Positions 26,668 through 37,264 of a DNA stretch of 64,000 nucleotides are shown one piece after another. The translations under genes were made by a program, and so were the position numbers. The DNA is from Candidatus Micrarchaeota archaeon (GTDB taxonomy: Archaea > Micrarchaeota > Micrarchaeia > Burarchaeales > Fermentimicrarchaeaceae): positions 3,252 through 67,251 of the forward strand of contig JACCLF010000047.1 in assembly GCA_013425405.1 (NCBI GenBank). The letters are read 5' to 3'. The notes beneath the pieces are model-generated. The model ran no database searches and had not been told where the DNA came from. It was given only the letters and a program-made list of their open reading frames with translations. Numbering within the stretch: position 1 is the first letter of the stretch; the number at the start of each line of letters is the position of its first letter.

Positions 26668-26715
26668 CAAGGTGAGCGGGAAACCCCACATCCTTTAGGG
26701 GTGGGAGCATGTCAC
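26664..26715 (+). repeat. Solo IS605-end-derived hairpin element (PATE/REP-like)
   Basis: TTAACAAGGTGAGCGGGAAACCCCACATCCTTTAGGGGTGGGAGCATGTCAC. The 5' arm matches the IS copy-2 left end and the 3' arm matches its right end. It fills the whole gap between two convergent stop codons. Confidence 0.8.
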
Positions 26716-27414
26716 CTATTTATAGAATTTGTACTCTTCGGATGTGCCTTTCCTCAGTATGTACAAATCAATATACGCCCTCCAGTAGTGCAGCGTCTCT
26801 CTCAAATAACCAGCCTTGTCAAACCTTCTGGTTGATGTGACAACAACAAGAGAGGGGTCGAAAACCACCTTGCCGAGCTTCTTGATTCTGTTGGGCAGCT
26901 CATTGTCGTCCAATGTCCTTATTTTCTCATCATACCCGCCGGCTTTCTCGTACGCATCCCTCCTGAAAGATGAATTGGAACCCTGGAAAGCTACGAACCC
27001 AAGCAGCTTGGCAGACCTCGGGAAGTAGTTTGTTGTGACCTTAAAGATAAGCCTGTGCTTGAGCTTGTTCTCATCAGGCGCTATAGGGCCTCCCACGGCA
27101 ACAACATCCTTATCCTCAAAATGCTTCGCTATTTTCTCCAGCCAGTCTGAAGGATATGCGGAATCGCCGTCGGTGCATACTATGATGTCACCTTTAGATT
27201 CCCTCACCCCGCGGTTTCTTGCAAGAGGGACACCCCTCCTCGGCTCGTAGATTACCCTGCCCTTATACTTCTTCACTATTCTCACAGTCCCGTCAGTGCT
27301 TCCCGAGTCCACAACAACTACCTCAAAATCCTTGAACCTCTGCTTGCTGAGCGACTCCATGCATCTCTTGATTACTTTCCCCTCATTTAGGGTTGGAATT
27401 ATCACAGATATCAT
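26716..27414 (-). CDS. Glycosyltransferase family 2
   Basis: MISVIIPTLNEGKVIKRCMESL...VVVVDSGSTDGT, then a DGD motif. Confidence 0.85.
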   Translation of the reverse strand: MISVIIPTLNEGKVIKRCMESLSKQRFKDFEVVVVDSGSTDGTVRIVKKYKGRVIYEPRRGVPLARNRGVRESKGDIIVCTDGDSAYPSDWLEKIAKHFEDKDVVAVGGPIAPDENKLKHRLIFKVTTNYFPRSAKLLGFVAFQGSNSSFRRDAYEKAGGYDEKIRTLDDNELPNRIKKLGKVVFDPSLVVVTSTRRFDKAGYLRETLHYWRAYIDLYILRKGTSEEYKFYK

Positions 27415-28592
27415 AGCACCATCTTCTCGTAGAGCTTCGCCATCCTCATTGCGCAGTTCTCAACTGAGAACTCCTCTGCGCTCTTCCTTGCATTTTCCTT
27501 CATCTCCTTGCCCTTTTTCAATGCCTTTATAATCTTCTCAGCGCACTCCTCAAAGTCGTCTGGGTCGAACTTGTAGCCGTTGTAATCCTCCCTTATTATC
27601 TCTTTCAGGGCAAGGTAGTCCGCGCCAACAACGGGCTTGCCGCTTGCCATTGCCTCCTGAACGACTATCCCCTGGGTTTCGAATTTGGATGGGATGACAA
27701 AAACATCTGCAGCAGCATATACCCTAGGCATCTTGTCAATAGGCAGAGCCTCATTGATGAAAGTGAACCACTTCTCAACTCCGGTTTTGCCAACAAGTTT
27801 CTTGTAGTAGCTGAATGCAGGTCCCTCTCCGACTATGACAAATCTAGCGTCTGAAAATTCCTCCAGAACTATGAGTGAAGATTTTATGAGCACGTCAAGA
27901 TTCTTCTCAAGCACAAGCCTTCCAACATTGAGGATAATCTTGTTCTTCTCCATGCACCACTCCTTTCTTATAGAGCTTCCGTCATTATCCGGGTTGTATC
28001 TCTTTATGTCAATGCCTGTTGGTATAACATATATGCCTGTAAGCCCTCTCTCCTCAAGCATCTCCTTTATTACAACGCTTGGCGCCACAACTGCATTGCA
28101 CTGCTTGTAGTACCACTGCAGATACTTCCAGGTGAACTTCTCCACCATCCCCCTTACAACCTTGGCGTTGGATATGTAATGCGTCGCCTGGGCGACAAGT
28201 GTGTGGAATGTGCTCACCAGAGGTAGCTTGTTGATCTTGGCGGCCTCAACTGCAGCCAGCCCCATTGTTGCCATTCCATGAGAGTGTATCAAATCTATCC
28301 CTAGTTCCTTGACCTTATTCTGGGAAGTAAACGGGAAAAGAGCTATTCGGTACATTGGGTATGGTCTAAAGGGAGTTGAAGTGTAATAAAACACTTTCTT
28401 ATCCTTGTTTTCTCTTTTTGCTTTTCTGTCTCCTGCGGCGAATATGTACACCTCATGCCCCATGTCCTCAAGAGCTCTCTTGAATGTGAGTATGGAAGTC
28501 ACAACCCCGTCTTTGTTCGGCAGGTATGTCTCGGTGTAATAGGCAATCTTCATATTTTTCAATATGTTGACTAGGGTATTTATTAATTTCAT
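27411..28592 (-). CDS. Glycosyltransferase family 4
   Basis: MKIAYYTETYLPNKDGV N-terminus and FETQGIVVQEAMASGKPVVG C-terminal motif. Confidence 0.85.
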   Translation of the reverse strand: MKLINTLVNILKNMKIAYYTETYLPNKDGVVTSILTFKRALEDMGHEVYIFAAGDRKAKRENKDKKVFYYTSTPFRPYPMYRIALFPFTSQNKVKELGIDLIHSHGMATMGLAAVEAAKINKLPLVSTFHTLVAQATHYISNAKVVRGMVEKFTWKYLQWYYKQCNAVVAPSVVIKEMLEERGLTGIYVIPTGIDIKRYNPDNDGSSIRKEWCMEKNKIILNVGRLVLEKNLDVLIKSSLIVLEEFSDARFVIVGEGPAFSYYKKLVGKTGVEKWFTFINEALPIDKMPRVYAAADVFVIPSKFETQGIVVQEAMASGKPVVGADYLALKEIIREDYNGYKFDPDDFEECAEKIIKALKKGKEMKENARKSAEEFSVENCAMRMAKLYEKMVL

Positions 28593-28600
28593 TGGCCTGG

Positions 28601-30436
28601 CTAAATCTTGGCTATCGCCCAGAGAGCAAACAGCGCGGCGGCCAGAAACAGCAGAGGCGCAACCACCCTCATGACGGCAACTATGGAGTTGACAGTTCCT
28701 ATAAGCTGCTGGGACTGGCTCACCCCAAAGACCCGCACTCCTTCAACTCTCTCAACCCTCATATCGGCCTCAACGCTCTCAAGGTTCTTTAATGCCTTTG
28801 AGACGCACTGGTAAGCCCTCTTCACAATTTCATCGCGTTTGACTCTGCCAATGGGGTTTATTACACCGCTGACGACATTTGCGCTGTGTGAGTCAGTTGT
28901 CATAACCTCGCAGCCAATGTTCATCTCTTTCACTGCGTTTATTATCTCCTTCCTTACGCTCGGCAGTATGCTGTTGCCATCGAAGAGTACGAATGCGAAT
29001 CTCTCCCTATCAAGTTCAAAAAGAGCAACCTTCAGCCCGTCTTTGCCCACTCCCGCCTCCTTGCCTAAATCTATAAGCGAATCAGCCGCCACTCCAAGCT
29101 TAATGGGTTTATCCTTCTTTCTCCTCTCAACTGCTTTTTCAATGGCATCCATATACTCAAAGCCCAAAGGGTCGCCTGCTTCAACTCTGGTTATCTCTCC
29201 TGTTTCGGCATTATGTGCGTCCGCAACCATTGCCTCCTCCAGCCCGCTCGCTATCGCCCGGTTCCTGAAAGCCAGCCCCAGGGAAAAATCTATATCCTCC
29301 GTTGTTCGGGGTGCTCTTGTGAGTGCTAAGAATCCCTTGCCGTTCACAACCAGGCTTTGCGCCCTGCATGTTTCACTTTTCCCAAGCGACATGCTGCCAA
29401 GCGCTTTCTTGAATTGCATTTCCTTCAGGGCATCCTGCGTCTTTTTTATGAACTTCACAGCCTCCTCAGATGAAACTGGGTTGAAGTCGTGCGTTGCAGT
29501 GCCGTGAAATACCATAACCTCCGCATCCGTCGCCTCGTTGATCGCATTGGAGAGTATGTAGGGGAACTCGCTTCCGCCCAGGTTTCCGAACGGCCCGAAA
29601 TGAACATAGGGTATGAGGAAGACGCACTTCAGCTTGTCTTTCGCCTTGAAAGCCATGACGCCAAGCAGGGTGTCAATCTCAACTCCAACCTCATCGAATA
29701 TATCCTCGAGCTTCTTGGACCTCTCAAACCATTGTGCAAGGAAGAGGCTCCCGGCTTCTATTCCGGAGACTCCAAAAGTTCTCTTCATTGGGGCGTTCAC
29801 AAGCCAGAACATCACGTAGACTGCCACAAGGAAGATTGACGACGCAAAATAGAGCTTCATGAGAACTATCTCCGGCGCAGTCGCCGGTGATGCGATGGGG
29901 CCATAGGCCATGAAGAACACCATGTTAAGGGTCGGCTGTGCAATTCCGAAGAACACCGCGCTTTTCCTTATGTTGAACAGGATGTATGCGACTGAGAACC
30001 ATATGGCGAAAACCAATGCATTACCAACAAGCATGACGTTGAAGCTGCTCAACATATCAAACTTGTTAACCTCAATAAATCTTGCGGCTACATAGAAAAG
30101 AGAGTAGACCATTGCTGACACAAAAGAGACGAATAGAATTTTTTTGAACCTTATCTTCCTTCTCGCAAGAAAGCATATTGCAGAAGAGAGCACTGCAGGC
30201 ACTCCCATTATAAATAATCCTTCCCCTCCCCCGCGCGCTATGGATGCCAATAAACCGCTTCCGCTGAGAAGGCTGGCTATGACACCTACGAAGAATGAGA
30301 GAAGAACTATTGATATGAATATCCTGAATGATGAGGGAAGGCTCCCCGAGAGAAATCGCGTTAATCCCACAGCCTTCCCAGTTGAATCCTGCAATGATTC
30401 ACCTACTGGTCCTCGCTCTGCCGTTCTTGCGAGCAA
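28601..30436 (-). CDS. Large polytopic membrane protein (DUF2070-like; family recalled from memory)
   Basis: 611 aa. N-terminal half has multiple TM helices, then a soluble domain and a C-terminal TM. The start is uncertain. Confidence 0.5.
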   Translation of the reverse strand: MLARTAERGPVGESLQDSTGKAVGLTRFLSGSLPSSFRIFISIVLLSFFVGVIASLLSGSGLLASIARGGGEGLFIMGVPAVLSSAICFLARRKIRFKKILFVSFVSAMVYSLFYVAARFIEVNKFDMLSSFNVMLVGNALVFAIWFSVAYILFNIRKSAVFFGIAQPTLNMVFFMAYGPIASPATAPEIVLMKLYFASSIFLVAVYVMFWLVNAPMKRTFGVSGIEAGSLFLAQWFERSKKLEDIFDEVGVEIDTLLGVMAFKAKDKLKCVFLIPYVHFGPFGNLGGSEFPYILSNAINEATDAEVMVFHGTATHDFNPVSSEEAVKFIKKTQDALKEMQFKKALGSMSLGKSETCRAQSLVVNGKGFLALTRAPRTTEDIDFSLGLAFRNRAIASGLEEAMVADAHNAETGEITRVEAGDPLGFEYMDAIEKAVERRKKDKPIKLGVAADSLIDLGKEAGVGKDGLKVALFELDRERFAFVLFDGNSILPSVRKEIINAVKEMNIGCEVMTTDSHSANVVSGVINPIGRVKRDEIVKRAYQCVSKALKNLESVEADMRVERVEGVRVFGVSQSQQLIGTVNSIVAVMRVVAPLLFLAAALFALWAIAKI

Positions 30437-30623
30437 TAGTCCTGCTCCGGATGGTCCTCTTAACTCCGCTCTCTTTTACCATCCTGTCCAGTGTGTACAC
30501 ATTCGAGATGAACTCCCTCGCAACTTCCCTGAAGCTCTTCTTTTTTTCCTGGGCTAGCTTCATCAGCTCCAGCGTTATGAACCTCATCTCGGAGTTTATG
30601 GATGCAATCTCTTCCTCATACAT
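30399..30623 (-). CDS. Small basic hypothetical protein
   Basis: 74-aa ORF upstream of, and overlapping, the membrane protein start. No motif recognised. Confidence 0.3.
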   Translation of the reverse strand: MYEEEIASINSEMRFITLELMKLAQEKKKSFREVAREFISNVYTLDRMVKESGVKRTIRSRTIARKNGRARTSR

Positions 30624-30674
30624 GACTTCTATTTCTCCGCAAAAAAATATAAGCCTTCTCCCCCCAATCCTGTC

Positions 30675-31304
30675 ATGGAGAGGGTATGCCCAAGGTGCGG
30701 TGCTCTAAGCGGAAGCAAGAAATTCTTCGGGGATTTCTGCGAGAACTGCTATTTAGACACAATAAACTTGAAATTTCCTATGAGAGTTGAGATTCAAACC
30801 TGCAAGATGTGCGGTAAGGTGAGAGTCTCAAAGTGGGAGGAGCTCAACAAAGCGAATCTTGAGAGCATTGTCAAGAAGAATGTTGAAGGCAATTACGACA
30901 GCTTCCAGGTCTCCCATCTCGGAGGGGACCAGTACGAAGTTACATTTCTTGTAAGCAGGGGCTCAAACTATTTTGAGGTGAAGAAAAGATTCTCGCTGAA
31001 GATGAATAAATCCATCTGCGAGGACTGCTCCAGGGCGACTTCCGGCTACTACGAGGCAATAATACAGGTCAGAGGGAAGAATACCCAAAGATGGGCTGAG
31101 AAAATAATGAGAGAGCTGAGGGGCAGGACATTTGTGAGCAAGTACTTGGAGCTTGATGAAGGAATTGACATCTATGTGGGCTCAAAAAAGGAGGCTGCAG
31201 AGGCTCTTTGTGTCCTGAAATGCAAGCCCTCCATCTCAGACAAGCTCTACGGAGTGAAGGATGGGAGAAGAGTTTACAGAAGGACATACTGTGTGCGGGT
31301 TTAA
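30675..31304 (+). CDS. NMD3-family zinc-ribbon protein (short archaeal form)
   Basis: CPRCG...FCENCY...CKMCGK...CEDC cysteine clusters are typical of the NMD3 N-terminal domain. Confidence 0.6.
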   Translation: MERVCPRCGALSGSKKFFGDFCENCYLDTINLKFPMRVEIQTCKMCGKVRVSKWEELNKANLESIVKKNVEGNYDSFQVSHLGGDQYEVTFLVSRGSNYFEVKKRFSLKMNKSICEDCSRATSGYYEAIIQVRGKNTQRWAEKIMRELRGRTFVSKYLELDEGIDIYVGSKKEAAEALCVLKCKPSISDKLYGVKDGRRVYRRTYCVRV

Positions 31305-31306
31305 AT

Positions 31307-31720
31307 CTACCTCACAACCTTGAACTTGAATCCATAATGGATTAGCCCTTCCTTGCCATCCTCCTGAATCTTCCTGAAAACCATCTCAACAAGAGTCCCT
31401 ACCTTCACATCCTTTTCTTCAGAGTCAACTATCTGTGTAGTGAGCTTCGGCCCCTCCACCAGCTCAACAATTGCCATCATGTAGGGAGCATCCAGCTCAA
31501 ACCCAGTCGGCGGGGCGTATACGACTGTGTAAGAGTAGACCTTGCCTTTACCTGAGAATTTCACTTCCCTTACCTTGCCTTTTCTCCTGCACTTGGGGCA
31601 CATCTTCCTCACTGGGAAGTATTTAGCTTTGCAGTTCTCGCACTCGCTCCCAATTAAGCCGTACCTCTCGGGAATCCTTCTCCATGTCAACGGAAGACCT
31701 AGAATTGTTGAAGACATCAT
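31307..31720 (-). CDS. DUF35 OB-fold/zinc-ribbon protein (thiolase-HMGCS scaffold)
   Basis: CENCKAKYFPVRKMCPKCRRKG followed by an OB fold. ATG 31720 is preceded by AGGTGG and lies downstream of the thiolase gene. Confidence 0.8.
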   Translation of the reverse strand: MMSSTILGLPLTWRRIPERYGLIGSECENCKAKYFPVRKMCPKCRRKGKVREVKFSGKGKVYSYTVVYAPPTGFELDAPYMMAIVELVEGPKLTTQIVDSEEKDVKVGTLVEMVFRKIQEDGKEGLIHYGFKFKVVR

Positions 31721-31725
31721 ACCAC

Positions 31726-32889
31726 CTAATCTGCCCTCTTCATTATACTGACGACGCATGTAGCGCCGCTACCTCCAACATTGTGCGTCAGGCCGATTTC
31801 CGCTCCATTCACCTGCCTGTTTTTCGCCTCGCCCCTAAGCTGCCAGGTTATCTCAACTGCCTGTTTCACACCGGTTGCCCCAACAGGATGCCCGCATCCC
31901 TTCAGACCTCCGCTGGTGTTCACCGGTATCCTCCCATCAAGTGCGGTTTCCCCGTCCTCAATTGCCCTTCCGCCTTTGCCTTTCTTGACGAAACCCAAAT
32001 CCTCATAGGCGATTATCTCAGCTATTGTGAAGCAGTCATGAACTTCGCACACATCAATGTCATTTGGCTTCATGCCCGCCACGTTGTATGCTTTCCTTGC
32101 AGCCTCAACTGTTGCATTCAGAGTTGTAAGAGATTTCCTGTGATGCAGCGCAAGCGTGTCGCTGGCCTGGCTGCTCGCAATTATCTCAATTGGCGTATCT
32201 GTATACTTCTTGGCTTTTTCAAGCGGGGCGAGTATCAATGCAGCCGCACCGTCAGTTATGGGGCTGCAGTCATAGAGCTTTAAAGGCGATGCAATCTTCT
32301 TTGATTTCATTACATCCCTTATGCTTATCTGGTTCTGGAAGTGTGCATAAGGGTTCTTTGAAGCATTTGAATGGTTCTTCACTGCAACCATTGCCATCTG
32401 TTCTTCAGTTGTGCCGAACTCGTGCATGTGCCTCCTCGCTATGAAAGCATATAGCGCAGGGAATGTGGCGCCCATGAAGAGCTCCCATTCCTGGTCTCCC
32501 GCTCCTCCAAGGGCAACCGCTGCATCTCCCACAGGCACATCTGTCATCTTCTCAACTCCGCCAACGACAACGATGTCGTGCAGCCCACTTCCCACCGCAA
32601 GATAGCCGGTTCTCAGTGCAACCCCTCCAGAGGCGCATGCAGCTTCCACTCTTGTTGCAGGAATCGGGTTCAACCCCATATAATCGGCAATGAGCGCGGT
32701 TATGTGCTCCTGCCCGATAAGCCTCCCGGCAGCCATCGTTCCTCCGTATATTGCATCTATCTCCTTGCCGGACATGTTTGCGTCATCTATTGCCTTCACT
32801 CCTGCCTCAGCTATCATATCTCTGAAGCCCCTCTCCCAATCCTCGCAGAATTTTGTCATTGCCGCTCCAACTATTGCAACTCTTCTCAT
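31726..32889 (-). CDS. Archaeal acetyl-CoA acetyltransferase (thiolase)
   Basis: [20 protein letters not shown] active-site Cys region and C-terminal GGSGATCV. Confidence 0.85.
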   Translation of the reverse strand: MRRVAIVGAAMTKFCEDWERGFRDMIAEAGVKAIDDANMSGKEIDAIYGGTMAAGRLIGQEHITALIADYMGLNPIPATRVEAACASGGVALRTGYLAVGSGLHDIVVVGGVEKMTDVPVGDAAVALGGAGDQEWELFMGATFPALYAFIARRHMHEFGTTEEQMAMVAVKNHSNASKNPYAHFQNQISIRDVMKSKKIASPLKLYDCSPITDGAAALILAPLEKAKKYTDTPIEIIASSQASDTLALHHRKSLTTLNATVEAARKAYNVAGMKPNDIDVCEVHDCFTIAEIIAYEDLGFVKKGKGGRAIEDGETALDGRIPVNTSGGLKGCGHPVGATGVKQAVEITWQLRGEAKNRQVNGAEIGLTHNVGGSGATCVVSIMKRAD

Positions 32890-32898
32890 ATAATCTCC

Positions 32899-33945
32899 CT
32901 ACAAAGTTTTGAGTTTTCTCCTCTGCTTGACATACATCCCATAATCAAGATACTCCTTCTCCCCAATGTACTGGAAAACAGTCCTGTTCTTCCCCCTCCC
33001 CTCAAGAATCTTGTCAGTTATAACTATGCTGAATGAATCGCTTCCTGCACCGCTCCCAAAGGATGTTAGAAGTATCCTGTTTCCCGGCTTGGCAACATCA
33101 AGAACAGAAGCAAACCCAATGAGCGATGCAGCCGAGTAGGTGTTGCCTATCAGAGGAGTCAGCAGTCCCTGCTTCACCTTGCTTGGGTCTATCTTCAGCA
33201 TCTTGGCGACCTGAATCGGGAATTTACCATTCGGCTGGTGGAATACTGCATAATCAAAATCATCAGGTTTCAACCCAAGTTTATCCATCAGCTTCTTAGA
33301 TGCGCTTACTGTGTGCTTGAAATATGCAGGCTCTCCAGTGAACCTCCCTCCATGGCTTGGGAAATCCATCCCGGGCCTCCTCCAGAAGTCGGGCGTGTCA
33401 GTTGTGTAAGAGCACGTGCCCTCTATCTCTGCTATTATGTTGTCCGTGCCAATGATGAACGCAGCTGCTCCTGCTCCTGCGCTGTACTCCAGAACATCTC
33501 CGGGTCTGCCCTGGGATATATCAGTTCCTACACCTAACCCATACTCAATCATGCCCGAGCTGCACATTCCCATGCAGCACTGAATTGCCGTAGTGCCTGC
33601 CTTGCATGCGAACTGCATGTCCACAGCAGTGAGGTTCGGTGTGGAGCCAACAGCTTCTGCAACAATTGTTGCCGTTGGCTTGACTGCGTAAGGATGAGAT
33701 TCAGAGCCAACAAAAACTGCATTTATCCTCTTGGGGTCAATGCCACAACGTCTTATGGCGTTCCTGCTTGCCTCCACAGCTAGGGTTGCGGCATCCTCAT
33801 CCATGCCAGGAACACTCTTCTCAATTATCCCCAGCCCGTCACCTCCTCCTTCATCGCCCCATATCCTAGCTATCTCCTCAGCCTTAATTCTGTAGCGCGG
33901 TATGTGAACTCCGTAGCCTACTATACCAATCATATTCTCACTCAA
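32899..33945 (-). CDS. hmgS: Hydroxymethylglutaryl-CoA synthase
   Basis: [16 protein letters not shown]-terminus, 348 aa, in the conserved HMGCS-thiolase-DUF35 order. Confidence 0.85.
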   Translation of the reverse strand: MSENMIGIVGYGVHIPRYRIKAEEIARIWGDEGGGDGLGIIEKSVPGMDEDAATLAVEASRNAIRRCGIDPKRINAVFVGSESHPYAVKPTATIVAEAVGSTPNLTAVDMQFACKAGTTAIQCCMGMCSSGMIEYGLGVGTDISQGRPGDVLEYSAGAGAAAFIIGTDNIIAEIEGTCSYTTDTPDFWRRPGMDFPSHGGRFTGEPAYFKHTVSASKKLMDKLGLKPDDFDYAVFHQPNGKFPIQVAKMLKIDPSKVKQGLLTPLIGNTYSAASLIGFASVLDVAKPGNRILLTSFGSGAGSDSFSIVITDKILEGRGKNRTVFQYIGEKEYLDYGMYVKQRRKLKTL

Positions 33946-34622
33946 AGCTTCTTCAGCCTCTCAAGCAGTTCATTTATGCCAAGCTTTGTAGTAACTATTG
34001 GCACCCTCTCCTTCTCTGCTATCTTGAGCGCAAGCTTGTCCACGCTGTCAATCCTGTGAAGCACCACAACGCTCGGCTTCATCTGGCTCACCCTCACGAC
34101 TACCATCGGAGATCGGCCAGTGCTGACTTTCGTAAAGATGAACGCCCTCTCAGGGCTTGCCCCGAAGAGCTTTGGAAACTCACTGTATGGCATCTCCACT
34201 ATGACCTTTATGCTGTCCAGCAAAGTAAAGCCGTAAAGCTTCTTCTCGGGCAGCACTTCGTCATTTACAACTACCTTTCCATCTATTATCTTTGTGAAGC
34301 TGTCAGCTGTTATGCTTGTTGCGAACTCGTGGGTCTCGTAGAATACTCCTCCCTCTACATCCTCCCTGAACCTCTGCGAAATCTGCCCTCCTCTCACGGA
34401 GTCTATGTCGATAAGGGCATCCACGAACCTCTTTATCACCTTTATGCCTGGCGACTCCCTCCTGTCGCCCTCGTAATCGCTTATTGTTGAAGCAGATATT
34501 TTGAGGTGCTTGCTGAGCCCAGCCTGCGTTATCTCAAATATCTCCCTCCACTTCTTCATGGTCTTTCCAGGAGTATCCGAGAGGGCTATCTCTCCAGCCA
34601 TCTTGACTGCGAACTTTTCCAT
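33942..34622 (-). CDS. HTH (XRE-type) transcriptional regulator with C-terminal domain
   Basis: [31 protein letters not shown] helix-turn-helix. Confidence 0.6.
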   Translation of the reverse strand: MEKFAVKMAGEIALSDTPGKTMKKWREIFEITQAGLSKHLKISASTISDYEGDRRESPGIKVIKRFVDALIDIDSVRGGQISQRFREDVEGGVFYETHEFATSITADSFTKIIDGKVVVNDEVLPEKKLYGFTLLDSIKVIVEMPYSEFPKLFGASPERAFIFTKVSTGRSPMVVVRVSQMKPSVVVLHRIDSVDKLALKIAEKERVPIVTTKLGINELLERLKKL

Positions 34623-34724
34623 ACCTACAAATTCTGAGAAATAAGCTATTTAAGCTTATCGAACATATGTTCGTTAGATAACGTTATAATCATGTTTTTA
34701 TAGATAGATTTACATAAAATAAGC

Positions 34725-35744
34725 ATGCATAAGGAAGCCACCAAGAAAAACTCTTCCGATGAGGTAGTTGAAGAGTTGAACTTCACTAAAAGAAAGGATG
34801 CGGTGAAACAGCTGCAACATATAATCACATCGCATCAGGAGAAACCATACTTCGCGTATCTTGGGTTGCCGCAAGGCGGTGCCGTAAGAGCATTCAGCTA
34901 CAAGGGAGTCGCAACTGCAAGCGGCTTGAGGTTTGCCGTTCATATACACGACAAGAACTGCGAATTCTGCTTCGAGGCGAATTACGCCAGGGATATATGC
35001 AAGTCGCAAGGTCAGAGTTTCTTCTTTGAGAATATCCTGATGCGTGTTCTCAGGAACAATTCCACCCTAGAGAAGCTCCCTGGCTCGAAATTTGAGGAAC
35101 TTGGCGTTGTGTTCTCAGCGATGAATGATGCTAAGATTACACTGAGCCTGAGTAGAAGCATACCCCTGAGAGTTGATGGAGACAATCTTCGCTTTTGTAT
35201 CGATTCTTGCAAGGAACAGCTCAAGGCAGTAGTCCTAATCAATAAATTGGAGAAGGAGGGAACTTCACCGAAAGATGCCGTCAAAAATGTTCTTGAAGAT
35301 ATAGGAACGAAAGATTTGGTTAAAGCATGCAAGGAGTATGGATTTAAGGTTGAGGCGGATATTGCATCTTCCATTTGGAACCGGGTGGGCATACAGCAGA
35401 AAGAAATATTCGCATTCGTGAACAAATGGGAGACAGTGGAAAGACCTGAGCAGAAGCTTGCTGAACTTAAACTAGATGTTAAAAGAATAGGGGCGGACAT
35501 CTGTGAACTTCAAATCCGCAGAAGAATACTGAAAGATGAAAAATCTGTAGAGGTCAGTGAGGCTCGGCTGAAATCCCTTGAAAGAGCGGGTATTCCGAAA
35601 GATGAGTTTTTGAAGCAAATTTACAAAGACGATCTAAGGTATGAGAGGGCTGAGCTTTCACTCACGCAGAGAAACCTGCAGACTTTCCAAAATCTTGAGA
35701 AGCTTGTAGAGAAGATGGTTGCCGATGAACATAATAAACCTTGA
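34725..35744 (+). CDS. Hypothetical protein with C-terminal coiled coil
   Basis: 339-aa ORF. No motif recognised. Confidence 0.5.
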   Translation: MHKEATKKNSSDEVVEELNFTKRKDAVKQLQHIITSHQEKPYFAYLGLPQGGAVRAFSYKGVATASGLRFAVHIHDKNCEFCFEANYARDICKSQGQSFFFENILMRVLRNNSTLEKLPGSKFEELGVVFSAMNDAKITLSLSRSIPLRVDGDNLRFCIDSCKEQLKAVVLINKLEKEGTSPKDAVKNVLEDIGTKDLVKACKEYGFKVEADIASSIWNRVGIQQKEIFAFVNKWETVERPEQKLAELKLDVKRIGADICELQIRRRILKDEKSVEVSEARLKSLERAGIPKDEFLKQIYKDDLRYERAELSLTQRNLQTFQNLEKLVEKMVADEHNKP

Positions 35745-36357
35745 CAGCTGGAGCAGCTACGGCAAAGCTTCTGATGAATCCCTGAAAGCAATCTCAGCAG
35801 GAGAGATGATCATCTACCCCACCGACACGCTCTATGGAATCGGTGCAAATGCAACAGATGCAAATGCCGTAAGCACCGTCAATGAGGCAAAGAGAAGGGA
35901 GAACAAGCCAATCTCTGTGCTTGTTTCCGACTTCAGCATGATGAAGAAGTACTGCCTGCTTGACAATGTGTCATTCGCAATACTGCAGCATCTTTTTCCA
36001 GGCCCTGTTACAGGCATATTCCGCAAGAAATACGACTTTCCCAGCGGGATAACCAAGACTGACACCATAGCAATACGGATACCATGCCACCAGTTTGCTG
36101 TTTCCCTAGTCAGAAAGCTCGGCTTCCCAATAACCTCAACAAGCGCAAATTTCTCCGGGGCCAAATCGCCCAGCTCACTGGATGAGATACCTGATGAGCT
36201 CAAGGAGATCGCCAAGGTTGTTGTTGACGGCGGTAGATGCCACCATGGAATAGAATCAACAATAGTCGATTTCACCCTCAAGGTGCCGGAGATAATAAGG
36301 GAAGGAGCGGGCTCTGAGAGCATAGAAGAAATACTGAAGGATACTTCGCTAGTATAA
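35719..36357 (+). CDS. tsaC: L-threonylcarbamoyladenylate synthase (YrdC/Sua5 family, YrdC domain only)
   Basis: IYPTDTLYGIGANA, KPISVLV and TSTSANFSGAKSP. Confidence 0.85.
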   Translation: MPMNIINLDSWSSYGKASDESLKAISAGEMIIYPTDTLYGIGANATDANAVSTVNEAKRRENKPISVLVSDFSMMKKYCLLDNVSFAILQHLFPGPVTGIFRKKYDFPSGITKTDTIAIRIPCHQFAVSLVRKLGFPITSTSANFSGAKSPSSLDEIPDELKEIAKVVVDGGRCHHGIESTIVDFTLKVPEIIREGAGSESIEEILKDTSLV

Positions 36358-36418
36358 CAAATATAAGCTCTATATTATAACATGTATACGCAATAGCTGA
36401 AGCATACTCAAAAATCTG

Positions 36419-37264
36419 ATGGTTGGCATGTCACCTCAAACAGAAGAAGTTGAAGGCGGATACCGATTCCTTTCAGCCGTGCTGTTTCTTCTGATAGCCC
36501 TGCCCCTGGCTGGCTACGCAGTCATCCCGGACAACTACTACGTCTATTTACTCTCATATCCCCCTAAGATACTCCTGGTGCCCATCCATGAATTGGGCCA
36601 TATGCTTCTGATATTTTTTAAAGACGTCTCAGGTCTGCCATACGACTACCTAGATATTCCCGTAAGAATGGCAGGCTCAATTTTTGAAATGCTTGTGCCG
36701 CTCATGTTTGTGTTCTTCTTCATATTCGGCAGCCGAAGATATGCATTGGCGTGCCTGATCCTCGTAATTGCTGGAACTGCAATTACTGACTCCGGTGCGT
36801 ACATTAAAAGCGCTTCAAACCCATCTGGAATCGGGTTTAACCAGTTCATGGAAACTACTGAAGTGAATTCCTCAAATCACGACTGGTATCGGGTGTTGGA
36901 CTACTACAATGCTCTAGATAAGGCTGACTTTCTGGGAGAGCTCATAATTGGGTTAGGATTCGTGCTCACCATGATTGGATTCTTCTCCTCCGTTTTTGAA
37001 GTTAATCTAATACTGAACTACCGCCAGAGCTCAGATTTTATGCTTCTGATTCTATACGGCTCAATTCCTGCGGCAATACTTTCCATCGCCTACTTCAAAA
37101 TTTTCAGAGTGGTCGTTTCTATCCTCATCCTCATACCCCTCCTAATCCATTTCTATACGCGGATTCTCCCAAAGCTGAAGGATGAGGTGAAAGAAGTTGA
37201 CCGGGAAATTGAGAAAGACGAAGAGAACGCTGCAAAATCAGTGCAGACTCCCAAGGCGCAGTAA
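36419..37264 (+). CDS. Integral membrane protein with HExxH motif
   Basis: Multiple TM helices. PIHELGHML motif at a membrane boundary. Confidence 0.5.
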   Translation: MVGMSPQTEEVEGGYRFLSAVLFLLIALPLAGYAVIPDNYYVYLLSYPPKILLVPIHELGHMLLIFFKDVSGLPYDYLDIPVRMAGSIFEMLVPLMFVFFFIFGSRRYALACLILVIAGTAITDSGAYIKSASNPSGIGFNQFMETTEVNSSNHDWYRVLDYYNALDKADFLGELIIGLGFVLTMIGFFSSVFEVNLILNYRQSSDFMLLILYGSIPAAILSIAYFKIFRVVVSILILIPLLIHFYTRILPKLKDEVKEVDREIEKDEENAAKSVQTPKAQ

